A stretch of 64,000 nucleotides of DNA. Source: a virus (lineage: Duplodnaviria > Caudoviricetes). Under the pieces are notes generated by a model. It ran no database searches. It was given only the letters and a program-made list of their open reading frames with translations, and was not told the DNA's origin. The position numbers were made by a program, and so were the translations under genes. The DNA lies in IMG/VR virus record IMGVR_UViG_3300013383_000025, positions 1 to 64,000 of that record. One strand, given 5' to 3'. Positions 8,370 to 18,065 of the stretch are shown here, in pieces (position 1 is the first letter of the stretch; each line of letters begins with the position of its first letter).

Positions 8370-10268
8370 GTGCCATTGACAGAGTTTTGCTTCATCCCCT
8401 CCATCAATACAGATGCTTTTTATACGCCTGACGAACAAGTTGTTCATAATAGACTCGTCAAGCTATATACATTGCGAATGCGAGAAAAAGACGGTCAGAA
8501 TCGTAAATGGCGCGTTTCATCTATCAATCGTGTTATCAAGAAGCATAAAGATGAGCTTGTTGAATTGCTTAAAAAATCTCTCGAAGATAATATTACTAGA
8601 GAACTCAATCCAGACGCAGTAAAAGACAAGACAATCATCAATCTATTCTGTTCTGAGTTGACTCGAAGTCTAGGAATCAAGACGTTCGAGCGTAGCGACA
8701 AAATAATCATTGTCAACGTGTTCTTTTTTGAGATTCTTAACAGTATCATTCATAATGGATTCAATTACAAAGGTGACCATTATATCTTTTACTCATGCGG
8801 CGCTGGCATGATACGTACAAAGCGGTTTATGGCGGTTCGAGAAAAAGACTATAATGAAGTTGAGCAGACGCTCATGTGTGGATTAACCATCGATTCAATT
8901 AACGCTCAGGGCGGTATGAATGAAAACAAGCTGTTGAGCTATAAGAGCCTTATGGCATCCGCAACAGACAGAATGGACGATTTTGATATAGACCGGTGTA
9001 TAGTGGTGGATGATTTTGAGATGCCGGTAACTGCCGAGTCGGACTTTATTGATTATATAGATTATAGCATTACGCGCAAAGTATCAGAGACGGTTATAGC
9101 TGAAACTGACGGGTGGGGCATGTGTTGTAAGCCCGGATTTAAGACGCAAATTGTACGCGGCCCGTGGATAAAAGGACTAGTATCCTACTTTGACTTTAGA
9201 GGATGGCTTAAAGAATATTGTCCTGCTGATGATTGGTCTGTTACGGATATATATGGAAAGGAATGGAAAATCATTGAAAATGATATTCAGTATATCCTAA
9301 CGAAATCAATGTTTAAGCTGTACAAATTCTATCCTAGCTGGTTCTGTTATAAGTCGAACTTTAAGAGTTATGGTTGCCACTTTGGTTGTTGTAAGGTTGA
9401 GGAGGATTATATCCCAAAGGCTCGAATCAATTATCAGATGCTACAATCATTGAGCGATATGACCGACAATGAAATTGAGCGGCTTATCGCGAAGACAGTA
9501 GATGAAATTGACAGTGTTGGGCGTGACTATCAAACAACGATGAGATTGCTTGGGGCAACTGAGTATAATCAGACAAAAACAGCCATGCAAGAGGCGTTGA
9601 CGATTTATCCAGAATTATTCAAGGATGTTTACAATCGGGAAATATTAAAGCAAACTAAAAAAAGTCTTGTCAAACAAGCAAAAGGCGGTAGATTGAGAAT
9701 CAATGGCAAATACTTGTTTATCTCACCTGACCCTGTGGCGTTCTGTGAGTGGTTATTCAAGGGTGAACAATTCCCAACTGGATTACTTGAGAATGGTGAA
9801 GTATATACTAATCAATTCAAGGATGGCGACGAGCTTGATTGTCTGAGAAGTCCGCACCTATACCAAGAACACGCAGTTCGTGTCAACAAGCGAAATGAAT
9901 TGACTGATAAATGGTTGGGTGGGACAAAGTGTGTTTATTTTAGTTGTCATGACATGATTAGCCGTATCTTGCAGCAAGATTTTGACGGAGATATTTCTTT
10001 AGTTGTCAAGGATAGGACGCTAACAACTGTAGCAAAGCGCAATATGCAAGGGATTGTTCCGCTGTCATATGACCTTAAAAAAGCTCGTGGTGGTATTATC
10101 GACGCAGACAGGCTATATGAAGGTGTAAGTACAGCATATACAGGCGGCTCAATCGGCCCTATCAGTAATGCAATTTCGAAGGTAAAAAACGCTAATGGCG
10201 GTAAGATGACGGAGGAACAAATCAAGGTTATCGCTTGGCTGACAATGAAGAATAATCAAGTTATAGAT
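8370..10268 (+). CDS. yonO: YonO-like single-subunit DNA-dependent RNA polymerase, exon 1
   Basis: TDGWG, LRSPHL and catalytic DFDGD motifs of the two-barrel RdRP-like family; SPbeta-like position ahead of the late genes. Confidence 0.85.
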
Positions 10269-11279
10269 TAAACGATAGTCCACTCATATGGTGACATATG
10301 ATGTGAATGATGGTGAACCTACAAATGTAGGGTGTGCGGCATATGCCGTGCTAACGGTAAAACCCTAAACGCATGAGCGCATGGCAATACCGTGGCAAGC
10401 GAATGTTTGATGTTATCATAAAAGAAAGGAGGTTTAGGTGTGAGATCAAATGAAATTAAGATAGGCGATAAATTTGAAAAATTGACGGTTGTTGAATTAC
10501 CAGACAAAAGAAATAAAGAAGGCAAATTACTTGTAGTATGCAAGTGTGATTGCGGCAACATTGTCGAGGTTGTTAAATACAAATTAGTCCAGCAGTATAA
10601 ACCAATTCGTTCTTGTGGATGTTTAAGACTTGAGAGAGTTCATCAGAACAAAACTCGTCATGGAGAGTCTGGTGGTGCGATAGTTGGCAATCGAAGCAAA
10701 CTTTATAGGACGTGGTCAAATATGAAGTCGCGTTGCTATAATCCTAACGTTCGTAGCTATGCGGATTATGGAGCAAAGGGTATTACGGTTTGTGACGAGT
10801 GGTTAAATTCTTATGAAACATTCAGAGATTGGGCGTTATCCAATGGTTATCAAGAAGATTTGACTATCGACAGAATAAATCCACATGGTGATTATTGTCC
10901 AGAAAATTGTAGATGGCTCACCCTGCATAACAATTCATCTAGGGCGCACGAAAAGGCGTGTTGGGGAAGAAACTTAAAAACTGGCGAATATGTAGAATTT
11001 GTGAATATTAGAAATTTTGCAAAAGACCGCAATTTAAGTTATTCCTGTATTGACAGAGTGTTACACGGACGAAATAAAACCCATAAGGATTGGATATTTG
11101 GTTATCAAGAAAATTAAAATATCAAACATTTGAAGCTGTAACGACTAACTGTTTTCAGTGTAGCTTGTAGGTGAAATTCCTACTTGCGAAGTGCCATCCA
11201 TCTCATTGAGATGAAGAGATAGTCTACTCCGACCGCTTAGAGTGGTGTTAAAGTATCTCGAAAGAGACGGTATTAAAGG
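10269..11279 (+). mobile_element. Group I intron in the RNAP gene, with HNH endonuclease
   Basis: Exon ends in U (GAT|), intron ends in G (AAAGG|TTC); splicing restores NNQVID-FAKTLWK; P7 GACTA 11143/TAGTC 11220; ATGTTTGAT/ATCAAACAT stem flanks the ORF. Confidence 0.92.
10440..11117 (+). CDS. Intron-encoded HNH homing endonuclease
   Basis: CKCDCGN...SCGC, WSNMKSRC...YGAKGITVC.EW, LTIDRINP.GDY.PENCRW; C-terminal NUMOD1-like helix. Confidence 0.9.
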   Translation: MRSNEIKIGDKFEKLTVVELPDKRNKEGKLLVVCKCDCGNIVEVVKYKLVQQYKPIRSCGCLRLERVHQNKTRHGESGGAIVGNRSKLYRTWSNMKSRCYNPNVRSYADYGAKGITVCDEWLNSYETFRDWALSNGYQEDLTIDRINPHGDYCPENCRWLTLHNNSSRAHEKACWGRNLKTGEYVEFVNIRNFAKDRNLSYSCIDRVLHGRNKTHKDWIFGYQEN

Positions 11280-11969
11280 TTCGCAAAGACATTGTGGAAA
11301 TCGGAACCGCCAAAAGAAATTTCAGATATTATAAAAAAATATACTAAATCCAAATTGCCTAATTTCTTCCAATACGCTAAAGACAAAGACCCAGATACCC
11401 AGGTCGAGCCAGCAAACAATTCTACGATGAATCGCATATCGGCTAAAATTCCTACTTCCCGAATCCACTATAATAACAGAATTGGGAAGTTCGATTGGAC
11501 GATGCTGATTAACAAACAGGTTGATTATACGACGCGCGAAGAATCACCAGTCATCGAGCGATATAATTACTGGATTAAGAATCAGAGCCGATTTGATTAT
11601 GGCGATGACCCGCATATCAATGAGGACGATTTGTACAAGTATCGGTGCATAGCACAAGATATTGTAGATTATAGCGCAGAGCCACTAGATGTTGTAGTCA
11701 ATAGCTTGGTAGCGTATCTATATACAGTTAAGAAAGCAAGCAATAAAAAAATGTTGTGGGCTTGTTTTGGCAAGCAGATTGTAGAGAATCTGAAAGTCAA
11801 TACGGCCACACTCAATCCAATCTGTCCAATTTGTGGCAAGCGGTTCAAGCCGCGCGATGTATGCCAACATTATTGTTCTGAGGGGTGTGGCAAAAAGGCT
11901 GATAATCAGCGTCGTATTGCATCGCGTGAAGCTCCGCCTGTCCGAACGGGAGGTATGTTAAAATCGTAG
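11280..11969 (+). CDS. yonO: YonO-like RNA polymerase, exon 2 (spliced protein ~862 aa, C-terminal Zn finger)
   Basis: In frame with exon 1 after splicing; KLPNFFQYAK; CPICGK...YCS..C. Confidence 0.85.
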   Translation, partial: FAKTLWKSEPPKEISDIIKKYTKSKLPNFFQYAKDKDPDTQVEPANNSTMNRISAKIPTSRIHYNNRIGKFDWTMLINKQVDYTTREESPVIERYNYWIKNQSRFDYGDDPHINEDDLYKYRCIAQDIVDYSAEPLDVVVNSLVAYLYTVKKASNKKMLWACFGKQIVENLKVNTATLNPICPICGKRFKPRDVCQHYCSEGCGKKADNQRRIASREAPPVRTGGMLKS

Positions 11970-12036
11970 TAAATATATGGATAAAATGAATCAATCACAA
12001 TATGTAGTGGTAAAGTAATAGGGAAGGAGCAATATA

Positions 12037-12456
12037 GTGCATAAAAATAAATATCCACGGCTTGGCAAGGCCGATATGAAAAAAGAGCTGATTCGGCGCA
12101 CAGGCGTTGACACGAAAATTATTGAAATCGTGCTGACGGCATATCACGACATTATTCGTGAGACGCTACAGCATGGCGTGGAATATTCATTACCTGATAT
12201 TGGCGTGATTACATTTCGTGACCATCCGCCCAAGCCAGCAGGTGAATATTGGAATGGCTTTCAGAAGCGGCGTATGTATTATCCTGATAGAAAGGGATAC
12301 TATCGGCTAGAGTTTAAGGCCGAAAAGCATATGGCAAGTTATGTTAAGGCTGGCACATTGTATGGAAAAGGCCCGACCAAAGAAGAATGGGACGCTTGGG
12401 TGCTAGAGAATTATCCTGATAATCCTAAGTTTGCTAAGGAAGAAGAAGATGTCTGA
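12037..12456 (+). CDS. HU/IHF-like DNA-binding protein
   Basis: KELIRRTG...IIRETL..G..YSLPDIGVI...LEFKA pattern. Confidence 0.65.
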   Translation: MHKNKYPRLGKADMKKELIRRTGVDTKIIEIVLTAYHDIIRETLQHGVEYSLPDIGVITFRDHPPKPAGEYWNGFQKRRMYYPDRKGYYRLEFKAEKHMASYVKAGTLYGKGPTKEEWDAWVLENYPDNPKFAKEEEDV

Positions 12457-13012
12457 ACATAATAAGCTGAATCAAGAATTTTATGCTTATGCCGGTGGAT
12501 TGCTTAATGTATCGCCCCAGACTGCCAAGAAATACTGGATGGGATTTGTTGATACTATCATACATATTCTTCATTTTGATGGTAGGTGTCAAATGCCAGC
12601 AGTAGGAACATTCTCATTGGAGGAATTGCCTGAACGTAGAGTGATGGCTAAGAATGAACAAGGTGAGCTTGTTGAGCAAATCAATCCGGCTTGGTTTAAA
12701 ATATTATACAAAGTCAATGAAGATTTTCTTAACAACGTCAATGGGCGTGGCGTGACAAAGAAATACCGCAAGCGTGTCCGTGAACGTAAGTTGACCCCAA
12801 ATGACCTCAAGTTGCTGACTCAGGCCGAGGCAGAACGAACAGCAAGAAAAACGCTTGAGCAAAGAGCACAAGAGCGCATGGAAAAGGCAAAGCAACAGAA
12901 CTATGATGATTTTATCAATGTCATCAATAAGAAAAAAGAGGAATATGAACGGAAGCAGAAGGAAAAGGAACGGAAATTGAATGAATCTACAGAAGATACG
13001 ACAAGCGACTGA
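12449..13012 (+). CDS. HU/IHF-like DNA-binding protein with charged C-terminal tail
   Basis: FVDTII..L..DGRCQMPAVGTF pattern. Confidence 0.6.
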   Translation: MSEHNKLNQEFYAYAGGLLNVSPQTAKKYWMGFVDTIIHILHFDGRCQMPAVGTFSLEELPERRVMAKNEQGELVEQINPAWFKILYKVNEDFLNNVNGRGVTKKYRKRVRERKLTPNDLKLLTQAEAERTARKTLEQRAQERMEKAKQQNYDDFINVINKKKEEYERKQKEKERKLNESTEDTTSD

Positions 13013-14180
13013 GCTACTAGATAGCAAGTTGATTGACTTGCAAGAATGGACGGCTCGTTGTCTTGGTGAAGATTATAGGGATGTCTGGTCAAGCGAATAT
13101 CTGCGAAGATGCGCCGTGTTTGTCCGCAATATGCTGAATGGTGCAGATGATGTCGAGACAGATGAGAAAGATGCGGAGATTTTAGACCAACTCAGAGAAG
13201 CTAAAATTGAACTAGAGAAAGAGCGCCTTAAAATCCGCACAGAAAATCTTGAGTATGCAGCTAATAAGCGTGAAGTTGCGCGGCATGATATGCTCAATGA
13301 AGAAATCGTGGCGGCAATCAAACGGCTTGAGCCAATCAAGTTTAGCCGTAAGTTCGAGCCTGACCCGATTCGTGAGCAAGTTGGTGTACTATGTATTGGT
13401 GACGAGCATTATGGTACGACCATTGATATGGATTCACTGTTTGGTGAAAAGGTCAATGTGTACAATCCTGACGTGTTCAAGGCGCGAATGGAAAAGCTGA
13501 TGAACGATATTGAGAATGATGTATATTCAGTATCTTCATTCAGCCGTTTGGTCGTGTTCGACCTTGGAGATTCCATCCAAGGCGCATTGAGGCTATCAGA
13601 CCTCATGAAGCTCAAGGCTGGTGTTGTGGATTGCGCGATGCAATACGCCGAATATATCAGTCAATGGCTAGTTGAACTGAGTGAACGCCTACAAGTGCCA
13701 ATTGAATATATTGCAGTTGGTGGAAATCATTCGGAACTTAGGTTACTTAATACGAAGAAGGGCGACTTGCCAGAAGATAATATCGCTAAGATTATCACGC
13801 AGATTGCGCGTCTGCGACTAGCTGATAACCCCAATATTGAGGTTGCGCCATACGCTGAGTGCGGCTTTAAGACAATTCAGGGCGTGAACATCCTAGCATA
13901 TCATGGCGACGATACAAAGGATGTAACTAGAGAAATCGCGTTCTTTGAGGATTATCACCAGATTGATATTGACATTTTATTACTTGGACACTTCCATCAT
14001 CTTGAACAACAGTCAGTTGGCATTGGCTTGAATACCGAGAAAGAGGTAATCAAGTGCCCGTCCATCGTTGGCATTGATGATTATAGCAAGAGATGCCGCA
14101 AGTTGTCAAGAGCTGGCGCATTGCTCATGCTGTTTGAAGATGGCCAAAAGACGTGGACGAAGAAATATATTTTGAATTGA
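12981..14180 (+). CDS. Calcineurin-like metallophosphoesterase
   Basis: GDEHYG, LGDSI, GGNH, YHGD, GHFHH motifs. Confidence 0.9.
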   Translation: MNLQKIRQATELLDSKLIDLQEWTARCLGEDYRDVWSSEYLRRCAVFVRNMLNGADDVETDEKDAEILDQLREAKIELEKERLKIRTENLEYAANKREVARHDMLNEEIVAAIKRLEPIKFSRKFEPDPIREQVGVLCIGDEHYGTTIDMDSLFGEKVNVYNPDVFKARMEKLMNDIENDVYSVSSFSRLVVFDLGDSIQGALRLSDLMKLKAGVVDCAMQYAEYISQWLVELSERLQVPIEYIAVGGNHSELRLLNTKKGDLPEDNIAKIITQIARLRLADNPNIEVAPYAECGFKTIQGVNILAYHGDDTKDVTREIAFFEDYHQIDIDILLLGHFHHLEQQSVGIGLNTEKEVIKCPSIVGIDDYSKRCRKLSRAGALLMLFEDGQKTWTKKYILN

Positions 14181-14182
14181 TA

Positions 14183-14211
14183 TTGACAATCAATAGATTG
14201 TGCGATATAAT
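14183..14211 (+). promoter_or_regulatory. Consensus sigmaA promoter
   Basis: TTGACA-17-TATAAT. Confidence 0.9.
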
Positions 14212-14217
14212 ACAACT

Positions 14218-15025
14218 ATGGAATTGCGGCTAATATCTGCGGAGTTAGCCTTGGCTTGGGGATGCGTCCTATAAGCTCCATAATAGAGGAAAAGCCTGAA
14301 CGCTTTTCGCTGTCATATGACAGAATTTATCTTATCGGTAGCGTCAGTTGCAAATGGCGCTACCAACCTAAATTGATTCATTCTTTGCTAGGTGATAGCT
14401 ACGGCTGGTTAATCATGCTTGCGGGGCGATTGACGCATCTAGTAGGGTTGAATATAATCGAGCCGTGAATCCACAATTCAGCGGAGCCTAATACGAGCAT
14501 GACGTTGGCTGTGGCGGGCTACGTCAATATAGTATCGAAAATCCTATCCTTGATGATAGGCGTATAGCAACAAGTGTGTTATACGAACGTATGAAGCATA
14601 TGGCTCGGTTGTCAATGAGTGATATGTGGACGCTTATCGAAGGTTTGCGGTATACCATAAGGCAACGATGAAAACCGTATATTCAAAAACGCTTCTGATA
14701 TGCGGCAAAGAAATATCAGGTGATTCTGCTATAAGTAGGCAAAGGTGAGATGAGCAGACATCTAAGACCCATTGCACCATATTTCCCAACATAGCGCCAT
14801 GCGTGGGTGAAATAAGATGAGGCGCACTGCGGTTCCCGTGTGCATGGGATGAGGGATTAAATAAGACCAAATTGGCGGTAACACCAAGCGAGTCTTAGCC
14901 GTGATTAAAACATAACAGTGAGTGGCGCTAGATGCTTGATGGCGCTTGACAAGTAAGAGCTTTAACGAAATGCTTGTATCTAGGCACATACTGAAACTGC
15001 CTGTCGCTACTACTCATTGGCGGCT
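14218..15025 (+). ncRNA. Candidate large, ornate structured ncRNA (~800 nt; may extend to the terminator at ~15225)
   Basis: No credible ORF; dedicated promoter; many nested helices with G-U pairs, including long-range 14611-20/15012-21 and 14457-67/14599-609. Confidence 0.75.
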
Positions 15026-15187
15026 ATGAATATCCGAAAGGAGGTCACTTTCTCTTGAATTATCCACTGGTTTATCCGAAGCATAATTGACGAAAGGAGG
15101 TGACAGAGGCTACGGCCTCATATCTACAATAAGCCCAACTCAATGGGAACTGTTGTTTTGAACCTTGACAACTGAATAATTGGAATA

Positions 15188-15225
15188 AACGAACGGCTGG
15201 CTCTATATGAGCTGGCCGTTTTGTT
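15188..15225 (+). terminator. Intrinsic terminator
   Basis: AACGGCTGGCTC-TATAT-GAGCTGGCCGTT followed by TTGTT. Confidence 0.75.
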
Positions 15226-15257
15226 ATATCTTAACGGAAATTGAAAGGAATGAGAAT

Positions 15258-16082
15258 ATGTTTTGCCCGTATTGCGGCAAAGAGAAGCAAGATAGCCAAT
15301 TCTACAAAAGCCCAATCAAGACGGGCGAATATATTAAGCCGTGCAAATCGTGTGTGACTGAGCTATATAAACAGGCGCTTGATGCGACTAAAGACCAAGG
15401 TGCGGCGTTATGGGCGACCTGTATGACGACCGGCATTCCTATGCGGCGGGCAGAATATAATTCATGCTTAGAGACACTAGATAAGGCGGCTAAGGGCAAA
15501 AAACCTAGTCTATTTATGTTGTATCATACCTACTTGTCTACATCGCCCGATAAATTAACGGGTGTATGGGATAGTGATATAGAGCTGTCTAATTTCAAGG
15601 ATTTGGGCGATGTTGCTAAGGGCGAAACTGATGAGGTGGCGCTTAAAGCAAGATGGCGCAAACAGTGGGGTGGCGATTATGAGGACGAGGACTGTCAATG
15701 GCTAGACGATATGTTTGATAGCTATACGTCTGGCGTATTTGAGATGGACACCGCTATGGAGATGCGCTATCGTGATTTGTGCAAGTTGGAATTGGAACAG
15801 TATAAAAATGGCGTAACTAAAGACACTCAGGCGCAGATTAAGACACTTATGTCTTTGCTTAAACTTGATGACTTTAAGAGTAATCAAAAGTCGGACGCTG
15901 AAAGGGCATTTGAGAAGCGCATAACATGGGTGGAATATAATAAACCGGCAGAGTGTGAAGATTTAACTAGATTCGTAGATATGGTTGGTTACGAGAAGGA
16001 TAAAGGCGAAAAGATGCGCAGTTTACGCAATGCACTTATTGGCTCCCGCGACTATCCGGCAATCCCGAAGGAGGAGGCATAA
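15258..16082 (+). CDS. Putative terminase small subunit / Zn-finger protein
   Basis: CPYCG...FYKS...CKSC N-terminus; directly upstream of and coupled to terL. Confidence 0.6.
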   Translation: MFCPYCGKEKQDSQFYKSPIKTGEYIKPCKSCVTELYKQALDATKDQGAALWATCMTTGIPMRRAEYNSCLETLDKAAKGKKPSLFMLYHTYLSTSPDKLTGVWDSDIELSNFKDLGDVAKGETDEVALKARWRKQWGGDYEDEDCQWLDDMFDSYTSGVFEMDTAMEMRYRDLCKLELEQYKNGVTKDTQAQIKTLMSLLKLDDFKSNQKSDAERAFEKRITWVEYNKPAECEDLTRFVDMVGYEKDKGEKMRSLRNALIGSRDYPAIPKEEA

Positions 16083-17926
16083 TGCGTTCTAGGATGGGCG
16101 GGCTCAGAGAATCCTTCAAAGCCGACAAGTTGCGTGCCGTATCTGGTATATCCAAACAAATAGACAACGAATTGGAAAATAATATCATAGAGTGGACTAC
16201 CATGTTCAGGCGGAACTGGGATATATTTGCTGAGTTTTATCTTGGTATTCCGTTAAAACCGTATCAGCGACAAGCATTGCACGAAATCGGCATATCCGAT
16301 GTGTATTTCTGGAGAGCAGCCCGTGGCGCGGCAAAATCGTTTATTACAATGCTTGCGGCGGTCTGCAAGATGTTGCTTTATCCAAACTGTCAAATTGTTA
16401 TCACATCCTCAACTGTTGACCAAGCCAATAAAATGGTCAAAGAGAAGTTAGAGAAAGAGCTGATTAAAAAATTATCTCAGTTGCTTTTATTTTACTATGA
16501 AAAAGACTGGATAAAGATAACAAAGCCGAATGATGGTTATTATGTAGAATGTACACTCAATAACTCATCCATCACCGTTCTTGCTCCTGTCGAGTCGGCG
16601 CGTGGTTCCAGATCGAATTTTACAATTTATGATGAGGTTGCCATCATGAAGAAATCGGCAGTCGACCAAATCTTCGATGGTATGTTGTTCCCAAGACAAC
16701 CCAACTATCTGAGTAATCCTGCATACTCCGGAAAAAAGAGATGGCTCGAAGAATCTAAGAGTATTTATCTAACCTCATCTAAGTTTAAGTTCCAATGGTG
16801 GTATCGTCTTTGGTGTGACTGCGTAACAGGCTACTATGTTGACAAACGTACAAAGTATGGTGTGTTTGCTACTGACTTTTTTGACAACATCGAGAATGGT
16901 CTAAAGACATGGGGTGATTATCGTAGAGCTAAGCGGCAAAATGATGATATTTCATTTAGAACCGAATACCTGAATGAAGCTATTGGTGAAGCTGAAGATG
17001 CGTTCTTTAGCCTTGAGTCGTTCAAAGAGAATCAAGTGCTTAACGATGCGTTTACACCGCCGTCACCGATGAGTATGCTTGTTGGCGATAATACTGATAC
17101 AATAGAAAAAACCGAAGACGAAGTACGGCTTGTAGTGGCCGACTTTGCGTGGACTACGACTGGCAAGAAAGCAAACGAGTCTGATAACAGTGTGGCCATT
17201 TGTATAAGGGCGAAATGGAATAAAGATCATTTTGACAAATATGTAGATTATATAGAGATGTTACCAACCGCTGATAACGCTGACGGATGTGCAGACAGGC
17301 TGAAGGAGATATTCTGGTTATATGATGCGGATTATCTCGTGCCGGACGCTCGCAGCGGAGGAGAATCGGTCATGATTGCTTTATCTAAACCATACACAAA
17401 TGAGCGGTATGCGGCGTTTATCAATAATCATGGTTTAACCGTTGCAGATAAGGGCGAATATCATGTGGCACGACCTGATAAACTTGACTATTATAGGACA
17501 AATGCGGTTGACCCAAATGCTTACCCTTGTATTATACCGATTGTTGGTAGCGAAACGCTCAATACAGCTTACTGGAAGGCGACTCGTGTATCGCTTGAAC
17601 ATGGACGTATAAAATTCCTGACGAGCATGGGTGATAAGCAGGATTCTATGGTTGAGACTGGTGAATATTACAAATATACCGGTGAACAGCTTGCAGATAT
17701 TCTTGCTCCCCATGGAAATACAGACTTGCTTATATCTGAGGCTGTCAACCTAAAGACAGTCATTAAAAACGACCAGATTAAGCTAGAAGCGCCAAGAACA
17801 GGGCATCGTGACCGTATTGTTACATTGGCTATGGGTATTCTTATTTGTGATTATATTGAGAATGAATGGAATAGACAGAATCATGTGGAGGAATACGATT
17901 TAGAAGATGTGCAGCTCGTCTGGTGA
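16082..17926 (+). CDS. terL: Terminase large subunit
   Basis: Walker A ARGAAKS, Walker B IYDE, RGSR, C-terminal nuclease with AD..A and HRDR. Confidence 0.92.
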   Translation: MRSRMGGLRESFKADKLRAVSGISKQIDNELENNIIEWTTMFRRNWDIFAEFYLGIPLKPYQRQALHEIGISDVYFWRAARGAAKSFITMLAAVCKMLLYPNCQIVITSSTVDQANKMVKEKLEKELIKKLSQLLLFYYEKDWIKITKPNDGYYVECTLNNSSITVLAPVESARGSRSNFTIYDEVAIMKKSAVDQIFDGMLFPRQPNYLSNPAYSGKKRWLEESKSIYLTSSKFKFQWWYRLWCDCVTGYYVDKRTKYGVFATDFFDNIENGLKTWGDYRRAKRQNDDISFRTEYLNEAIGEAEDAFFSLESFKENQVLNDAFTPPSPMSMLVGDNTDTIEKTEDEVRLVVADFAWTTTGKKANESDNSVAICIRAKWNKDHFDKYVDYIEMLPTADNADGCADRLKEIFWLYDADYLVPDARSGGESVMIALSKPYTNERYAAFINNHGLTVADKGEYHVARPDKLDYYRTNAVDPNAYPCIIPIVGSETLNTAYWKATRVSLEHGRIKFLTSMGDKQDSMVETGEYYKYTGEQLADILAPHGNTDLLISEAVNLKTVIKNDQIKLEAPRTGHRDRIVTLAMGILICDYIENEWNRQNHVEEYDLEDVQLVW

Positions 17927-18065
17927 TATTTGCCTGTGAAGCAATGGCTATGTTGGCGTGTTGTTGTGGAGGCGCTATTAGGGTTTAGTGAAATCCAAGT
18001 TCCAACTAGACTTAATCAAAAGCCGAAAATAAAAACACTCAAAAATATAAAACAAAGAAAGGAGG

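Noticed and set aside
14284-14310. GAGGAAAAGCC resembling the RNase P GAGGAAAGUCC motif
   Set aside because: It forms a local hairpin (GAAAAGC/GCTTTTC), and I found no matching 3' P4 strand
14256-14989. Short ORFs (70-78 aa) in the 14.2-15.0 kb gap
   Set aside because: No RBS, atypical composition, on both strands; better explained by structured RNA
14218-15225. tRNA, tmRNA or CRISPR array
   Set aside because: No cloverleaf with T-loop GTTCRA and no regularly spaced repeats seen here or elsewhere by eye
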